A stretch of DNA of 34,476 nucleotides. Source: a virus. Taxonomy: Duplodnaviria > Heunggongvirae > Uroviricota > Caudoviricetes. The number at the start of each line of letters is the position of its first letter. Position 1 is the stretch's first letter. A program made the position numbers and the translations under genes. The notes below the pieces were generated by a model. That model did not search any database, was not told the origin of the DNA, and saw nothing but the letters and a program-made list of their open reading frames with translations. This document shows, piece after piece, positions 24,831-33,480 of the stretch. Where the stretch lies: IMG/VR virus record IMGVR_UViG_2698536573_000006; one strand, 5' to 3'.

Positions 24831-27674
24831 TCAATCTTTATCGTAAAAACTGCCACGCCCGGCATGGGCACGCCGTTCCATTTCTGCCCTGACCATTTCA
24901 CCGACCAGTTTCGCCAGTTCGCGGGGATTCTGCGTAACAACGTTATGCAGATGAACATGAATTTCACCACCAAATCCGGAGGCAACAGGCTCCCGGTTAC
25001 GGGAAGTTGCAGGAACTGATGCCACTGGCGATCGTATGGCCTCCGCCACCGGGTGAGAGCTGGCCGCAACAACAGGGACCAGCGCCGGAGGCAGCGGAGC
25101 CGGAACCACGGGGGTGATATTAATTGCGGGGGCAGGCTTACTGACCTGTGTAATCTTCCGCTCCTGCCACTCCCCACGAACAGCAAGTGCGCGGGGCAGG
25201 TTCTTAAAGACAATATCGCCGGGGCCAATGCGTTTTTTCGTCTCATCAACCAGCTTACCTGTGTTATCAGCAATTTTGCTGAGTCTGCGTAGCGTCCCGG
25301 TATTGCTGTCTGTGAGCGGTTTGTTGTCTTTGGGTTTATCACCTCCGGTGCCATTGCCATTTTCCACAGGCTTCGGCGGATTGATTTTCGCCAGGTCCCC
25401 CTGAAGTAAGGCTACCTTGTCCTGAAGAATGGCCGCACGCTGTGCGTCTTCGATTTTCTTGCGCGCCCTTTCCGCTTCATCCGGAAGGACGCCAAGTTTT
25501 TCAAGTATCCACGCCAGCGTATCCAGTAGCATTTTTGCAGGTGTCAGAACAAGTTGTAACGCACCGCCAAGAACGTTACCGAATATCTCGCCAGCACTGG
25601 TACATTTATCCAGCGTTTCCTTGCTGGACTCCATCGGTGACAGTAGCGATTTAAACCAGTTAAACACCTGGCTGATCCCGCTTCCGATTGCGTCAAAAAC
25701 AGGACCAAACCGTTCAAAAGTTTCGCGCAACGGGGTCAGCCTTTCCATAATCCCGCTGAACACCCCGGCAAAAAATGCCCTGATGGGATCCCAGTATTTC
25801 CAGATAAGAACGGCAGCTCCGGCAAGCGCAGCCACGATAAGACCAACCGGACTGAACAGCGCCCCGATAGCACCTCCCAGCAAAGAAACGGAACCCGTCA
25901 CCATTCCCCATAGTGCTGGCAGGAGCCTGACAGCATTCATTGATCCGGTCAGGAGGGAAAAACCAAGACGCAGTTTTGCCAGCGGGCCAGCAAGCACACC
26001 AAGAGCAAGCGACAACGAGCCTACGGTTGCAGTCACTGCCAGCAGCGCACCGCCTGCAATCAGTAGCTGGCGCGTCAGTACAGGATGGGCCTGCGCCAGT
26101 ACCGTCACCTTTGAGACCACCCGTGTTAGCCACTGCGTGACAGAACGCAGCGGACCGTCAACCAGATCACTGATGCGAATACGAAGACCTTCCCATGCGC
26201 TGTCGAGATTTTTCAGGTCGCCATCAAGGTTGTCGGCCATAACCTTTGCCGTGCGTTCAGCCTCACCGCGTGCGCCCTCAAGTTCTTTTCTCAGTTTGGG
26301 TAAGGAACCGTCACCCGCCGCATCAACGAGTGCCATAAACGATGTGAAAGCCTCTTCCCCGGCGATATCCTTAAAGAAGGATACCCGGTCAACTTCCCCG
26401 TATTTGCGGGTAGCTTTATAAAGGTCAGCCAGCAGATCTTCCATCGGGCGCATTTTGCCCCCGGCATCCGAAACGGACACGCCCAGCTCTTTCAGAGCTT
26501 CTGCCGCCGCCTTTGGCGGTGATGCCAGACGAGCCAGGCTGGCACGCATTGCCGTCCCGGCATCACTCCCTCTGATGCCCATATTCGCCAGCACGCCCGC
26601 CATCGCTGCGGTCTGCTCCAGCGATATTCCCAGCTTACCCGCCACCGGACCTGCATATTTCATGGTTTCGCCCAGTGCGCGAAGGTCAGTGTTGGTACGG
26701 GTAAACGCTGCGGTGAGTGTGTCACCGACCCGGTCCATCTGGTCAGCAGAAAGGCCGAACTGCGTCAGGATATTTGAGCCAATATCTGCCGTCTCGCCGA
26801 GATCCATACCGCCAGCCGTTGCCATGCTCAGCACGCCGGGAAGCGCAGCCTGAATGGCCTGCGGAGTGAAGCCAGCCATTGCAAGAAATGCCTGTCCACT
26901 GGCGGCATCGCCTGCGGTGAACTGCGTTTCAGAGCCAAGTTTTAACGCCTGCTCACGCAGCGCCTTAAACTGCGGGCTGTTCTGGTCGATTCGCGTCAGT
27001 GCCTGAACGCGGGACATCTCTTTGCCGAACCCGATCGCAGGCTGCAAAAAACGCCCGGCAGCATAGCCGCCCGCCGCTGCCGCACCAATTGCCAGTGCAC
27101 CACCTGTTTTCAGTTTTCCCGCTGTTTCCTGCGCGCGCGAATACCGCTCACGCGCCCGCGTTACACGCGCAAGCGCCTGCCGTTCGCGTTCAAGCTGATT
27201 GTTGTACTGTTCGGTGCGTCTGATGGCCTGCTGGATGGTGTTATCGCTGCCTGTCAGGGAAATGCCGTGGCGTTTCAGCTCTCCGCCAAGCTCCCGCATT
27301 TTCTGAATTTCCCGCGTGCGCGATTCATTCAGGCGTTCAAGCCGGGTGCTTAACTGCTGCATCAGCTTTTGTTGTTTTTCGCTGAGCACTGTACCCGTGC
27401 GTTGTAACTGATTAAGGGCGTTAAGCTGGCGTCGTGCTTTCACGATACCCGCATCCGCTTTACTGACAGCGTCGCGGGCGCGCTCAAATGAACGCGCCTG
27501 ACGCTCGAGATTTTTGATCGCCCCCTGCGTTCGCTGGATGGAGTCACCAAACTGCCCCATCAGGCGGCGGGCGTTTTCGGCAGGCTGGGTCAGCCTGTCA
27601 ACGGCGCTGAAAGCGACCCGGATATCAAGAGTCTTCATTGTCTGCATTCCCGCTGCGAAGTGCCGCCCGCTCAC
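24831..27674 (-). CDS. T: tail tape measure protein T
   Basis: 947 aa with a long coiled-coil N-terminal half and Gly/Ala-rich hydrophobic segments; lies between E/E' and U. Confidence 0.85.
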   Translation of the reverse strand: MSGRHFAAGMQTMKTLDIRVAFSAVDRLTQPAENARRLMGQFGDSIQRTQGAIKNLERQARSFERARDAVSKADAGIVKARRQLNALNQLQRTGTVLSEKQQKLMQQLSTRLERLNESRTREIQKMRELGGELKRHGISLTGSDNTIQQAIRRTEQYNNQLERERQALARVTRARERYSRAQETAGKLKTGGALAIGAAAAGGYAAGRFLQPAIGFGKEMSRVQALTRIDQNSPQFKALREQALKLGSETQFTAGDAASGQAFLAMAGFTPQAIQAALPGVLSMATAGGMDLGETADIGSNILTQFGLSADQMDRVGDTLTAAFTRTNTDLRALGETMKYAGPVAGKLGISLEQTAAMAGVLANMGIRGSDAGTAMRASLARLASPPKAAAEALKELGVSVSDAGGKMRPMEDLLADLYKATRKYGEVDRVSFFKDIAGEEAFTSFMALVDAAGDGSLPKLRKELEGARGEAERTAKVMADNLDGDLKNLDSAWEGLRIRISDLVDGPLRSVTQWLTRVVSKVTVLAQAHPVLTRQLLIAGGALLAVTATVGSLSLALGVLAGPLAKLRLGFSLLTGSMNAVRLLPALWGMVTGSVSLLGGAIGALFSPVGLIVAALAGAAVLIWKYWDPIRAFFAGVFSGIMERLTPLRETFERFGPVFDAIGSGISQVFNWFKSLLSPMESSKETLDKCTSAGEIFGNVLGGALQLVLTPAKMLLDTLAWILEKLGVLPDEAERARKKIEDAQRAAILQDKVALLQGDLAKINPPKPVENGNGTGGDKPKDNKPLTDSNTGTLRRLSKIADNTGKLVDETKKRIGPGDIVFKNLPRALAVRGEWQERKITQVSKPAPAINITPVVPAPLPPALVPVVAASSHPVAEAIRSPVASVPATSRNREPVASGFGGEIHVHLHNVVTQNPRELAKLVGEMVRAEMERRAHAGRGSFYDKD

Positions 27675-28154
27675 GCCAGCTAACCACTTCGCCGGGCGTC
27701 ATCATGAAGATTTCGGCGGGCGACCAGTTAAAAATAACGGCAATATCTGCCACAAAGTCTTCTATGTGCTCAAAGCACACAACCGTGATCAGGCTTCCGT
27801 CGCCTGTTCGTTCTTCCCGCCAGAGTCCGCACCGCTCAAAAAATTTACGGCAACCACACATAACTGAATAAAGTCACGGGATGCCATTTTTTTGATCGTC
27901 ACTTCATCCAGTCGCGGTGATGTCACTCGTGACAGCAGCGTAAACATGGATTCCGCTTTCAGATTCAGCACATCAGACAGCGACAAATCTCGCAGAGATC
28001 CAGCCTGCTCAATAGCCCCGGTGATCTCCACATACGTGATTTTTTCGCCGCCTCGCTCAATTGGTTGGGTAAGTTTTACGCCACGCTCACTGGTTTCTTT
28101 CACAGTGTCAGCAACTACCGTGTTTTCGGTATCGATGTTTTTCGTCTCTTTCAT
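27625..28154 (-). CDS. E+E' tail chaperone fusion made by a -1 programmed frameshift
   Basis: The -1 frame relative to E is open from the slip site to 27625, overlapping the start of T, as in P2 E/E'. Confidence 0.6.
27789..28154 (-). CDS. E: tail assembly chaperone E
   Basis: 121-aa ORF directly downstream of FII and upstream of T, containing the TTTTTTG slip site near its 3' end. Confidence 0.7.
   Translation of the reverse strand: MKETKNIDTENTVVADTVKETSERGVKLTQPIERGGEKITYVEITGAIEQAGSLRDLSLSDVLNLKAESMFTLLSRVTSPRLDEVTIKKMASRDFIQLCVVAVNFLSGADSGGKNEQATEA
27837..27843 (-). other. slippery heptamer T_TTT_TTG for the E/E' -1 frameshift
   Basis: Minus-strand ttttttg (top strand caaaaaa at 27837-27843) sits in the E zero frame as aaT TTT TTG, the same heptamer P2 uses. 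Confidence 0.55.
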
Positions 28155-28208
28155 CAGGAAACTCCTTTCAGTCAGAGGCGACGCACTGCGCCGCCTGCAT
28201 ATTACTTA

Positions 28209-28721
28209 TCAGCCAAGCCCAAGCGCGGAACGGATGCGATCGGGCACAATGTCCTTGCCGTCCTTCCGGTAAATGAAGTTCAGCAGGTCAATCTCCCACA
28301 ACGGACGATCGTTAACACTCAGCTTGTAGTAGGTGTTTTTAATGGCGTAAGTGTGTGATGTGGCTTCGCCCTGTTTGGCTTCCCCCATATCAATTTCCGT
28401 CACGCGTCCGCGCATTTCGACTTCATACAGGTCGCTTTCTGCATCGGTGTAGTATTCACCCGCAAAACGCAGTAGCGTGCCGTCAATCGTGCCGCCATAC
28501 TTAAGGAACAGCTCACGAACTGCGCCCCCCATGACAAAGCTCGCATCAAGCGCGGAGTCGTCCAGACCGAGATCAATACTTACCGCACCCATCATGCCAC
28601 CACCCCGGTAGCTGTCGGTTTTGCGCGTCAGTTTAGGCAGGGTGACGGACGTCACCTTACCCACTTCGTTTTCACCATCCACAAACAGCGTAAAAAAGCG
28701 AAGATGTTTTGGTACAGCCAT
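28209..28721 (-). CDS. FII: tail tube protein FII
   Basis: 170 aa immediately downstream of the sheath gene on the same strand. Confidence 0.85.
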   Translation of the reverse strand: MAVPKHLRFFTLFVDGENEVGKVTSVTLPKLTRKTDSYRGGGMMGAVSIDLGLDDSALDASFVMGGAVRELFLKYGGTIDGTLLRFAGEYYTDAESDLYEVEMRGRVTEIDMGEAKQGEATSHTYAIKNTYYKLSVNDRPLWEIDLLNFIYRKDGKDIVPDRIRSALGLG

Positions 28722-29905
28722 CAGGCACCTCCCAGCACCGCAAATGCGGGACCAAAGAATTCATCAGTAAACGACTGGTAAAGCTCCATGTCTTCCAGCG
28801 GAGGAACGGGCGTATATTTGTAGCGAATACGCACACGCCCCTGACGTAAATCCGTGGTGCTGTTATCCACCACGTCATACCAGCACGACGCCCCAATCAG
28901 TTTCCCGGCAGTAACCAGTGAATCCAGTTTTGCCCTGATGGCACTGATAACATCCTTCACGTTCGCAGGCGTCAGTGGACTATCGATGGTTTCAAACTGC
29001 GCTTCCGCAATTGAATCAGCCAGCACCTGTGCGGTTCGGGTATACACCTCAAAGATGTAGGCGTTCGTTTCCGGTGTGCGGTTGCCCCAGAAGCGGAACC
29101 CGTTGCGACGAATAATGGTCGTGATTTCTTTGTTGTTGAGGCTGTTGGCATCACTGTCTTCGGCCTGCAACGACCAGAACACATGCCTGGACATCCCCAG
29201 CACATTTTTAACCGGAACGTTGGACAGCGATTTGTGCCAGCCCTGCTCATGGTCAATGTACGCACGAAGGCCGCACGCATAGGCAGGCGCGGGGAACGTT
29301 TCGTTTTTGCCACTTTTCGGGTTGTAGGCGATGAAGTCCGGCCATAAGAGCATCACCTCACGTTCGTTGAATTTCTGGCGGTAGGTAATCGCCTCAGCCA
29401 TCGTGTTACAGCCGTGACATGAGGCATACACAAACGCGCGCAGTTTACCCGCAATCACGCACAGGGATTTTGTTACCGCCTCCGTGTCCAGCTCCGGCGC
29501 GGCCAGAATACGCGGACGGTATCCGATGCTTTCATCCTGCTCTGCAACAAGCAGCGCATACATCCCCGTATAGCTGCCGTCAGATTCAGAACCACCGATA
29601 ACCAGTTGATCCTGCGTTTTTCCGTCTTCTTCTTTGTGTTCAGCCACGCGAACGACGATCACCTTTGTACTCACCTGGTCTGCGATGGCCTTAAGCGCAC
29701 GATAAAGCGTCCCCGTTGTCCCGCATTTTCCCAGCACGTCATTGACGCGGGTCAGCAGTGTGGGCTTGTTCAGCGGGAACAGCTTCGCGTCCGCATCATC
29801 CGCCGTTGCCACGATACCGATAACGCTGGAATCAACATCGTTAATCGCTGTTACCAGGTCGGTATTTTCCGTAACACGGGCACCATGAAAACGAGTTTCA
29901 CTCAT
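28721..29905 (-). CDS. FI: tail sheath protein FI
   Basis: 394 aa; KLRAF, WPDF, DHEQGWHKSLSNV, IRRNGFRFWGNRT and YTRTAQV align with my recollection of P2 FI. Confidence 0.9.
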   Translation of the reverse strand: MSETRFHGARVTENTDLVTAINDVDSSVIGIVATADDADAKLFPLNKPTLLTRVNDVLGKCGTTGTLYRALKAIADQVSTKVIVVRVAEHKEEDGKTQDQLVIGGSESDGSYTGMYALLVAEQDESIGYRPRILAAPELDTEAVTKSLCVIAGKLRAFVYASCHGCNTMAEAITYRQKFNEREVMLLWPDFIAYNPKSGKNETFPAPAYACGLRAYIDHEQGWHKSLSNVPVKNVLGMSRHVFWSLQAEDSDANSLNNKEITTIIRRNGFRFWGNRTPETNAYIFEVYTRTAQVLADSIAEAQFETIDSPLTPANVKDVISAIRAKLDSLVTAGKLIGASCWYDVVDNSTTDLRQGRVRIRYKYTPVPPLEDMELYQSFTDEFFGPAFAVLGGA

Positions 29906-30062
29906 AGCTTCAGCCCCTTGTATCCGTTAAATGATTCGGCAACAATCATCACCCACCACGCGCGTAATCTCACCCCTGCGCCGTTCTCTCGCCACGGCGA
30001 CAACAAAAAGCAGTAACCCCCTCCGCACGCACATGCGACCATGCCGCACAGGGAGGGAGCAG

Positions 30063-31172
30063 ATGACCGACACCACCATGCAATTGCTCAGTCAGGGCAC
30101 AGACCCCGTAAAAATGCCGGATTTTGATATTCTCGCGGAGGGTAAAACGCTGTCAGGCGTGGCAGAGCGCCTGATGAGCCTGTCACTGACCGACAACCGG
30201 GGATTTGAGGCGGACCAGCTCACCATCACGCTGGATGATGCGGATGGTCAGTTGCAGCTACCGCCACGGGGCGCGCGCCTGACGGTTCTCATTGGCTGGA
30301 AGGGAGAACCGCTGACAGAAAAAGGCACTTACATTGTTGATGAAATCGCTCACGAAGGACCGCCGGACAGGCTGACTGTTTCAGCCAGAAGCGCAGATTT
30401 TCGGGATGAATTTAACGTTAAACGTGAGGTGTCCTGGCATGATGTGACCGTTGAGCGTGTGGTATCCGCCATCGCTCATCGGTATGGTCTGAAACCGCAA
30501 ATCAGCGAAATGCTGATGGATATCGAAATCGACCACGCCGACCAGACCGAAGAAAGCGACATGTCCTTCCTTACGCGCATGGCGGAAATGCTGGGTGCAA
30601 TCACCACGGTAAAAAGCGGCAATCTGTTATTCATCATGCCAGGTGGTGGCGTGAACGCACAGGGCCAGCCGTTGCCCTCGTTCGCCATTACACGCAGCAG
30701 CGGCGATCGCCATCAGTTCCGCATTGCTGACCGCGAGGCGTATACGGGGGTACGCGCCTACTGGCTTGATCTTAATTACGGGAAAAAGAAAAAAGTCAGC
30801 GTGAAACGCCGTAAACCGCCAAAACCCAAAAAGGAGAAAAGCAGCAGCCGTGAAGGTGATTATATGGAAGGCGCGGAAGGCAATGTGTTTGTGTTACGCA
30901 AGACTTATCAGAACGAGCAGGCAGCAAGACGCGCAGCGGCGGCAAAGTGGCAGCAACTACAACGCGGAGCCGCATCATTCTCCATCACGCTGGCGCGTGG
31001 ACGTGCAGAACTCTACCCCGAAATGCATGGCACGTTAACAGGATTTAAAAGCGAGATTGATAATCAGGACTGGATTATTGCAAAAGCCGGGCACACCATT
31101 GATAACAGCGGCTTTACCACGCAGCTTGAGCTTGAGGCAAAAATCCCGGAATGGATAGCGGAAACAGAGTGA
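30063..31172 (+). CDS. D: tail protein D (late control gene D family)
   Basis: ORF 29931..31172; start at ATG 30063 after GGGAGGGA. DNRGFEADQLT, SARSADFR, NSGFTTQLELE and a KR-rich insert match P2 D. Confidence 0.9.
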   Translation: MTDTTMQLLSQGTDPVKMPDFDILAEGKTLSGVAERLMSLSLTDNRGFEADQLTITLDDADGQLQLPPRGARLTVLIGWKGEPLTEKGTYIVDEIAHEGPPDRLTVSARSADFRDEFNVKREVSWHDVTVERVVSAIAHRYGLKPQISEMLMDIEIDHADQTEESDMSFLTRMAEMLGAITTVKSGNLLFIMPGGGVNAQGQPLPSFAITRSSGDRHQFRIADREAYTGVRAYWLDLNYGKKKKVSVKRRKPPKPKKEKSSSREGDYMEGAEGNVFVLRKTYQNEQAARRAAAAKWQQLQRGAASFSITLARGRAELYPEMHGTLTGFKSEIDNQDWIIAKAGHTIDNSGFTTQLELEAKIPEWIAETE

Positions 31173-31214
31173 GCAACTTAGAATAGCGGCAGCACCACGT
31201 TAAGGGAGGTAGCT

Positions 31215-31475
31215 ATGTTCCGTTGTCCGCTTTGTGGCGCATCTGCCCGTATCCGCACCAGTCGTCCGGAAAATGATTCAAACACCGTGCGGCAAAAGTA
31301 TTACCAGTGTAACAATCTGGAATGCGGCGTATGCTTCTCAACACTGGAAGCTTTCCATAAATTCACATCGAAACACGCCTCCGGCGTTCACTCATCAGAA
31401 GGTATCCCGTGGCATGAGCTGCCAGCTTCACACAGGGGAAACAATCAGATGAGTTTGCCTTTACCTCAGAATTAA
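31215..31475 (+). CDS. ogr: late gene activator Ogr (zinc finger)
   Basis: MFRCPLCGASARIRTSR...YYQCNNLECGVCF matches the P2 Ogr Cys4 zinc-finger N-terminus (MFHCPLCQHAAHARTSR...YHQCQNVNC); AGGGAGG Shine-Dalgarno. Confidence 0.8.
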   Translation: MFRCPLCGASARIRTSRPENDSNTVRQKYYQCNNLECGVCFSTLEAFHKFTSKHASGVHSSEGIPWHELPASHRGNNQMSLPLPQN

Positions 31476-31665
31476 CAGGCAGAATTGCCGGAGTAACAAA
31501 AAAGCGATAGATTACGTGCGGGTGCCTTTCGGCTGATGGTCGGAGGGAATACCCGAAGGCCGGATGTGGAAAGGCCCCGGAAAACATATCTGTTTAACCG
31601 AGGCCCTAACCGCATTACCTTGACAAGTGAAAGGTTAGCGCCTCTCCGGAAAAGGAGCAAGTGCT

Positions 31666-31806
31666 ATGTCGCAAAAATCGCTTACGGCCATCACGTTCTG
31701 CGTGACGGCAATCCTCATCATCTGGATGCTGCACGGTTCGCTGTGTGAAATACGGATGAGTTTCTGGGGAGCGGAGTTTGCGGCGTTCTTACAGTGTAAG
31801 CAGTAA
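31666..31806 (+). CDS. Hok/Gef-family type I toxin candidate
   Basis: 46-aa ORF MSQKSLTAITFCVTAILIIWMLHGSLCEIRMSFWGAEFAAFLQCKQ: one TM helix followed by SLCEIR and AAF motifs typical of Hok/HokA. AAAGGAG Shine-Dalgarno. An overlapping upstream frame (31536..31748) could be mok-like. Confidence 0.6.
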   Translation: MSQKSLTAITFCVTAILIIWMLHGSLCEIRMSFWGAEFAAFLQCKQ

Positions 31807-31983
31807 GGAAACCGCGACGGGGGAGCAATCCCCCGTCAATCAGTTGCCAGAGTAAGGTCGATAAGGCATCCTGTCTCACTCTATACCAGCTAATCAATTG
31901 ACACATATCAATAAAAAGTCTGATAAAATCAAAATGTTTTGTTACAAACGTCAGCTAGTAGAGAGCCAAAGGAGGCAGATTAT

Positions 31984-32316
31984 ATGGCATTAATCAAATG
32001 TCCTGAATGCCAGAAAGAGGTGATCGATTCAGTATTGTCTTGCCCTGCTTGTGGCAAACAACTGAAAAAACTTAAACGTTCATTTTTTGGAGAACTCATT
32101 AAGTATTTTTTCATATTATTTAATATTTTTATAATCTACACGATTTGTGTTGGGCTAAGAGAGGTGGGTGAAATAATAAACAACGCCACATCCGATGCCG
32201 AAAAAGCCGGTACAGTTATTGGTACGGGCTTAGGTTTAATTGCTATTGGAGGCTTATGGGTTATTTGCAATATCATTATCGGAAATTTAGTATTTCTTAC
32301 TAAACCAAAGGGATAA
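31984..32316 (+). CDS. zinc-ribbon membrane protein (cargo)
   Basis: ORF 31939..32316; start at ATG 31984 after AGGAGG. N-terminal CPECQ...CPACGK zinc ribbon followed by two TM helices; AT-rich. Confidence 0.55.
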   Translation: MALIKCPECQKEVIDSVLSCPACGKQLKKLKRSFFGELIKYFFILFNIFIIYTICVGLREVGEIINNATSDAEKAGTVIGTGLGLIAIGGLWVICNIIIGNLVFLTKPKG

Positions 32317-32320
32317 CAAA

Positions 32321-33231
32321 ATGAAAAATATGATTATTTCTATAGGTGCATCATTTATATCAATTAGTGTGCTACCTGCTCACGCAGCAACTGAGCATAA
32401 TAACTTTAAGTCATCACTCCAGTGCCGAGCAATAGAAAATAATAAAGAAAGACTTTCTTGTTATGATAAGTCAATACAACCGACTCGAACGACAGTTGCT
32501 GAAAAATTCGAAAGCAGAGATCAATGCCCTGATGAGAAAGATGATGACAGACGTTTATCTTGTTATGACCGTTTTTTTCTCCAACATTTACTCCGCCTGT
32601 AAGCTCAAAATCTAAAGCGAAACAGCTAGTAACAACAGAGGCTCAGCAACCAAATCTTTCTGAGATATCTAAATGCCGAGCAGAAAACGATAAAGAAACT
32701 AGAGTAAACTGCTACGATAAACCATTTCCACAGGAAAAAGTTGCGCAATCTAAATCAAAATTAGAGAAAGCCACAGACACAGGAAAATGGCACACATCCA
32801 TTACTACATCGCCAATTGATGATTCGAAAAATGTAATTTTATCGTTAGAAAGTGATGATTATATAAGAACTCCATTTGGAGAAGCGGTTACCCCTACTCT
32901 GTTTATAGCTTGCCGAGAAAAGAAAACCGAAGTATTTCTTAATTGGGATGTATATTTAGGCCTTGAACAAACCAGCATGCTGTATCGCCTTGATAAACAG
33001 AAAGCAGTTGAGCGAAACTGGCTAGTATCTACAGATACAAAGGCTGTTTTTTATAAAGGCAATGACATTAACTTCATCAGAAAACTAGCCAACTCAAACA
33101 AAATGTATGCAAAAATAACCCCTTATAATGAAAGCCCTGTAAGTGCAACTTTCAATTTAAACGGCCTGTCAACCACGCTAAAACCGCTTCAAGAAGCCTG
33201 TAACTGGAAACAGTATAAATCATGCGGCTAA
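32321..33231 (+). pseudogene. secreted protein with repeated RLxCYD(K/R) Cys motifs, reading frame broken at a T7 tract
   Basis: ORF 32321..32602 (signal peptide MKNMIISIGASFISISVLPAHA; motifs RLSCYDKS, RLSCYDRFF) stops shortly after the T7 run at 32572-32578. The -1 frame is open from 32569 to 33231 and continues the same motif (RVNCYDKPF). One extra T or a -1 slip would give a continuous protein of about 300 aa. Confidence 0.5.
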
Positions 33232-33247
33232 GCCACAATCACAGATA

Positions 33248-33275
33248 ACACAAAGCCCGTGAAAACGGGCTTTGT
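33248..33275 (+). terminator. putative terminator hairpin after the right-end cargo
   Basis: acaaagcccg / tgaaaa / cgggctttgt forms a 10-bp stem followed by a T-rich stretch (gttatct); the U tract is weak. Confidence 0.35.
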
Positions 33276-33295
33276 GTTATCTATAACTCGAAAAT

Positions 33296-33313
33296 GTGGT
33301 CACTGCGTGGACA
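33296..33313. repeat. putative attR core (direct repeat with 11-28)
   Basis: gtggtcactgcgtggaca shares 17 of 18 positions with 11-28; lies between ogr-side cargo and the first host-like gene. Confidence 0.45.
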
Positions 33314-33480
33314 TGCGCCGATACAAATCCTTTTATATCAAAAAGTTAAATCAACATCTTTTTCATCAACAAGGATTTTCACGTTTGTGTTACCTGTATG
33401 AGACGAGAGTTAACCGGACAAGTGTGCCATAATCTCGCGGCCAGGCATACTTGCGAAGATTTCAGGTATAAGGATACGTA

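Noticed and set aside
25429-26421. 330-aa plus-strand ORF, plus other ORFs inside 24831-27674
   Set aside because: Antisense to or out of frame with the tape measure gene; Ser/Ala/Pro-rich low complexity mirroring the Gly/Ala-rich tape measure sequence.
33296-33480. tRNA or tmRNA gene at the attachment site
   Set aside because: P2-like phages often integrate next to such genes, but I could not recognise a cloverleaf-compatible sequence at either proposed att site.
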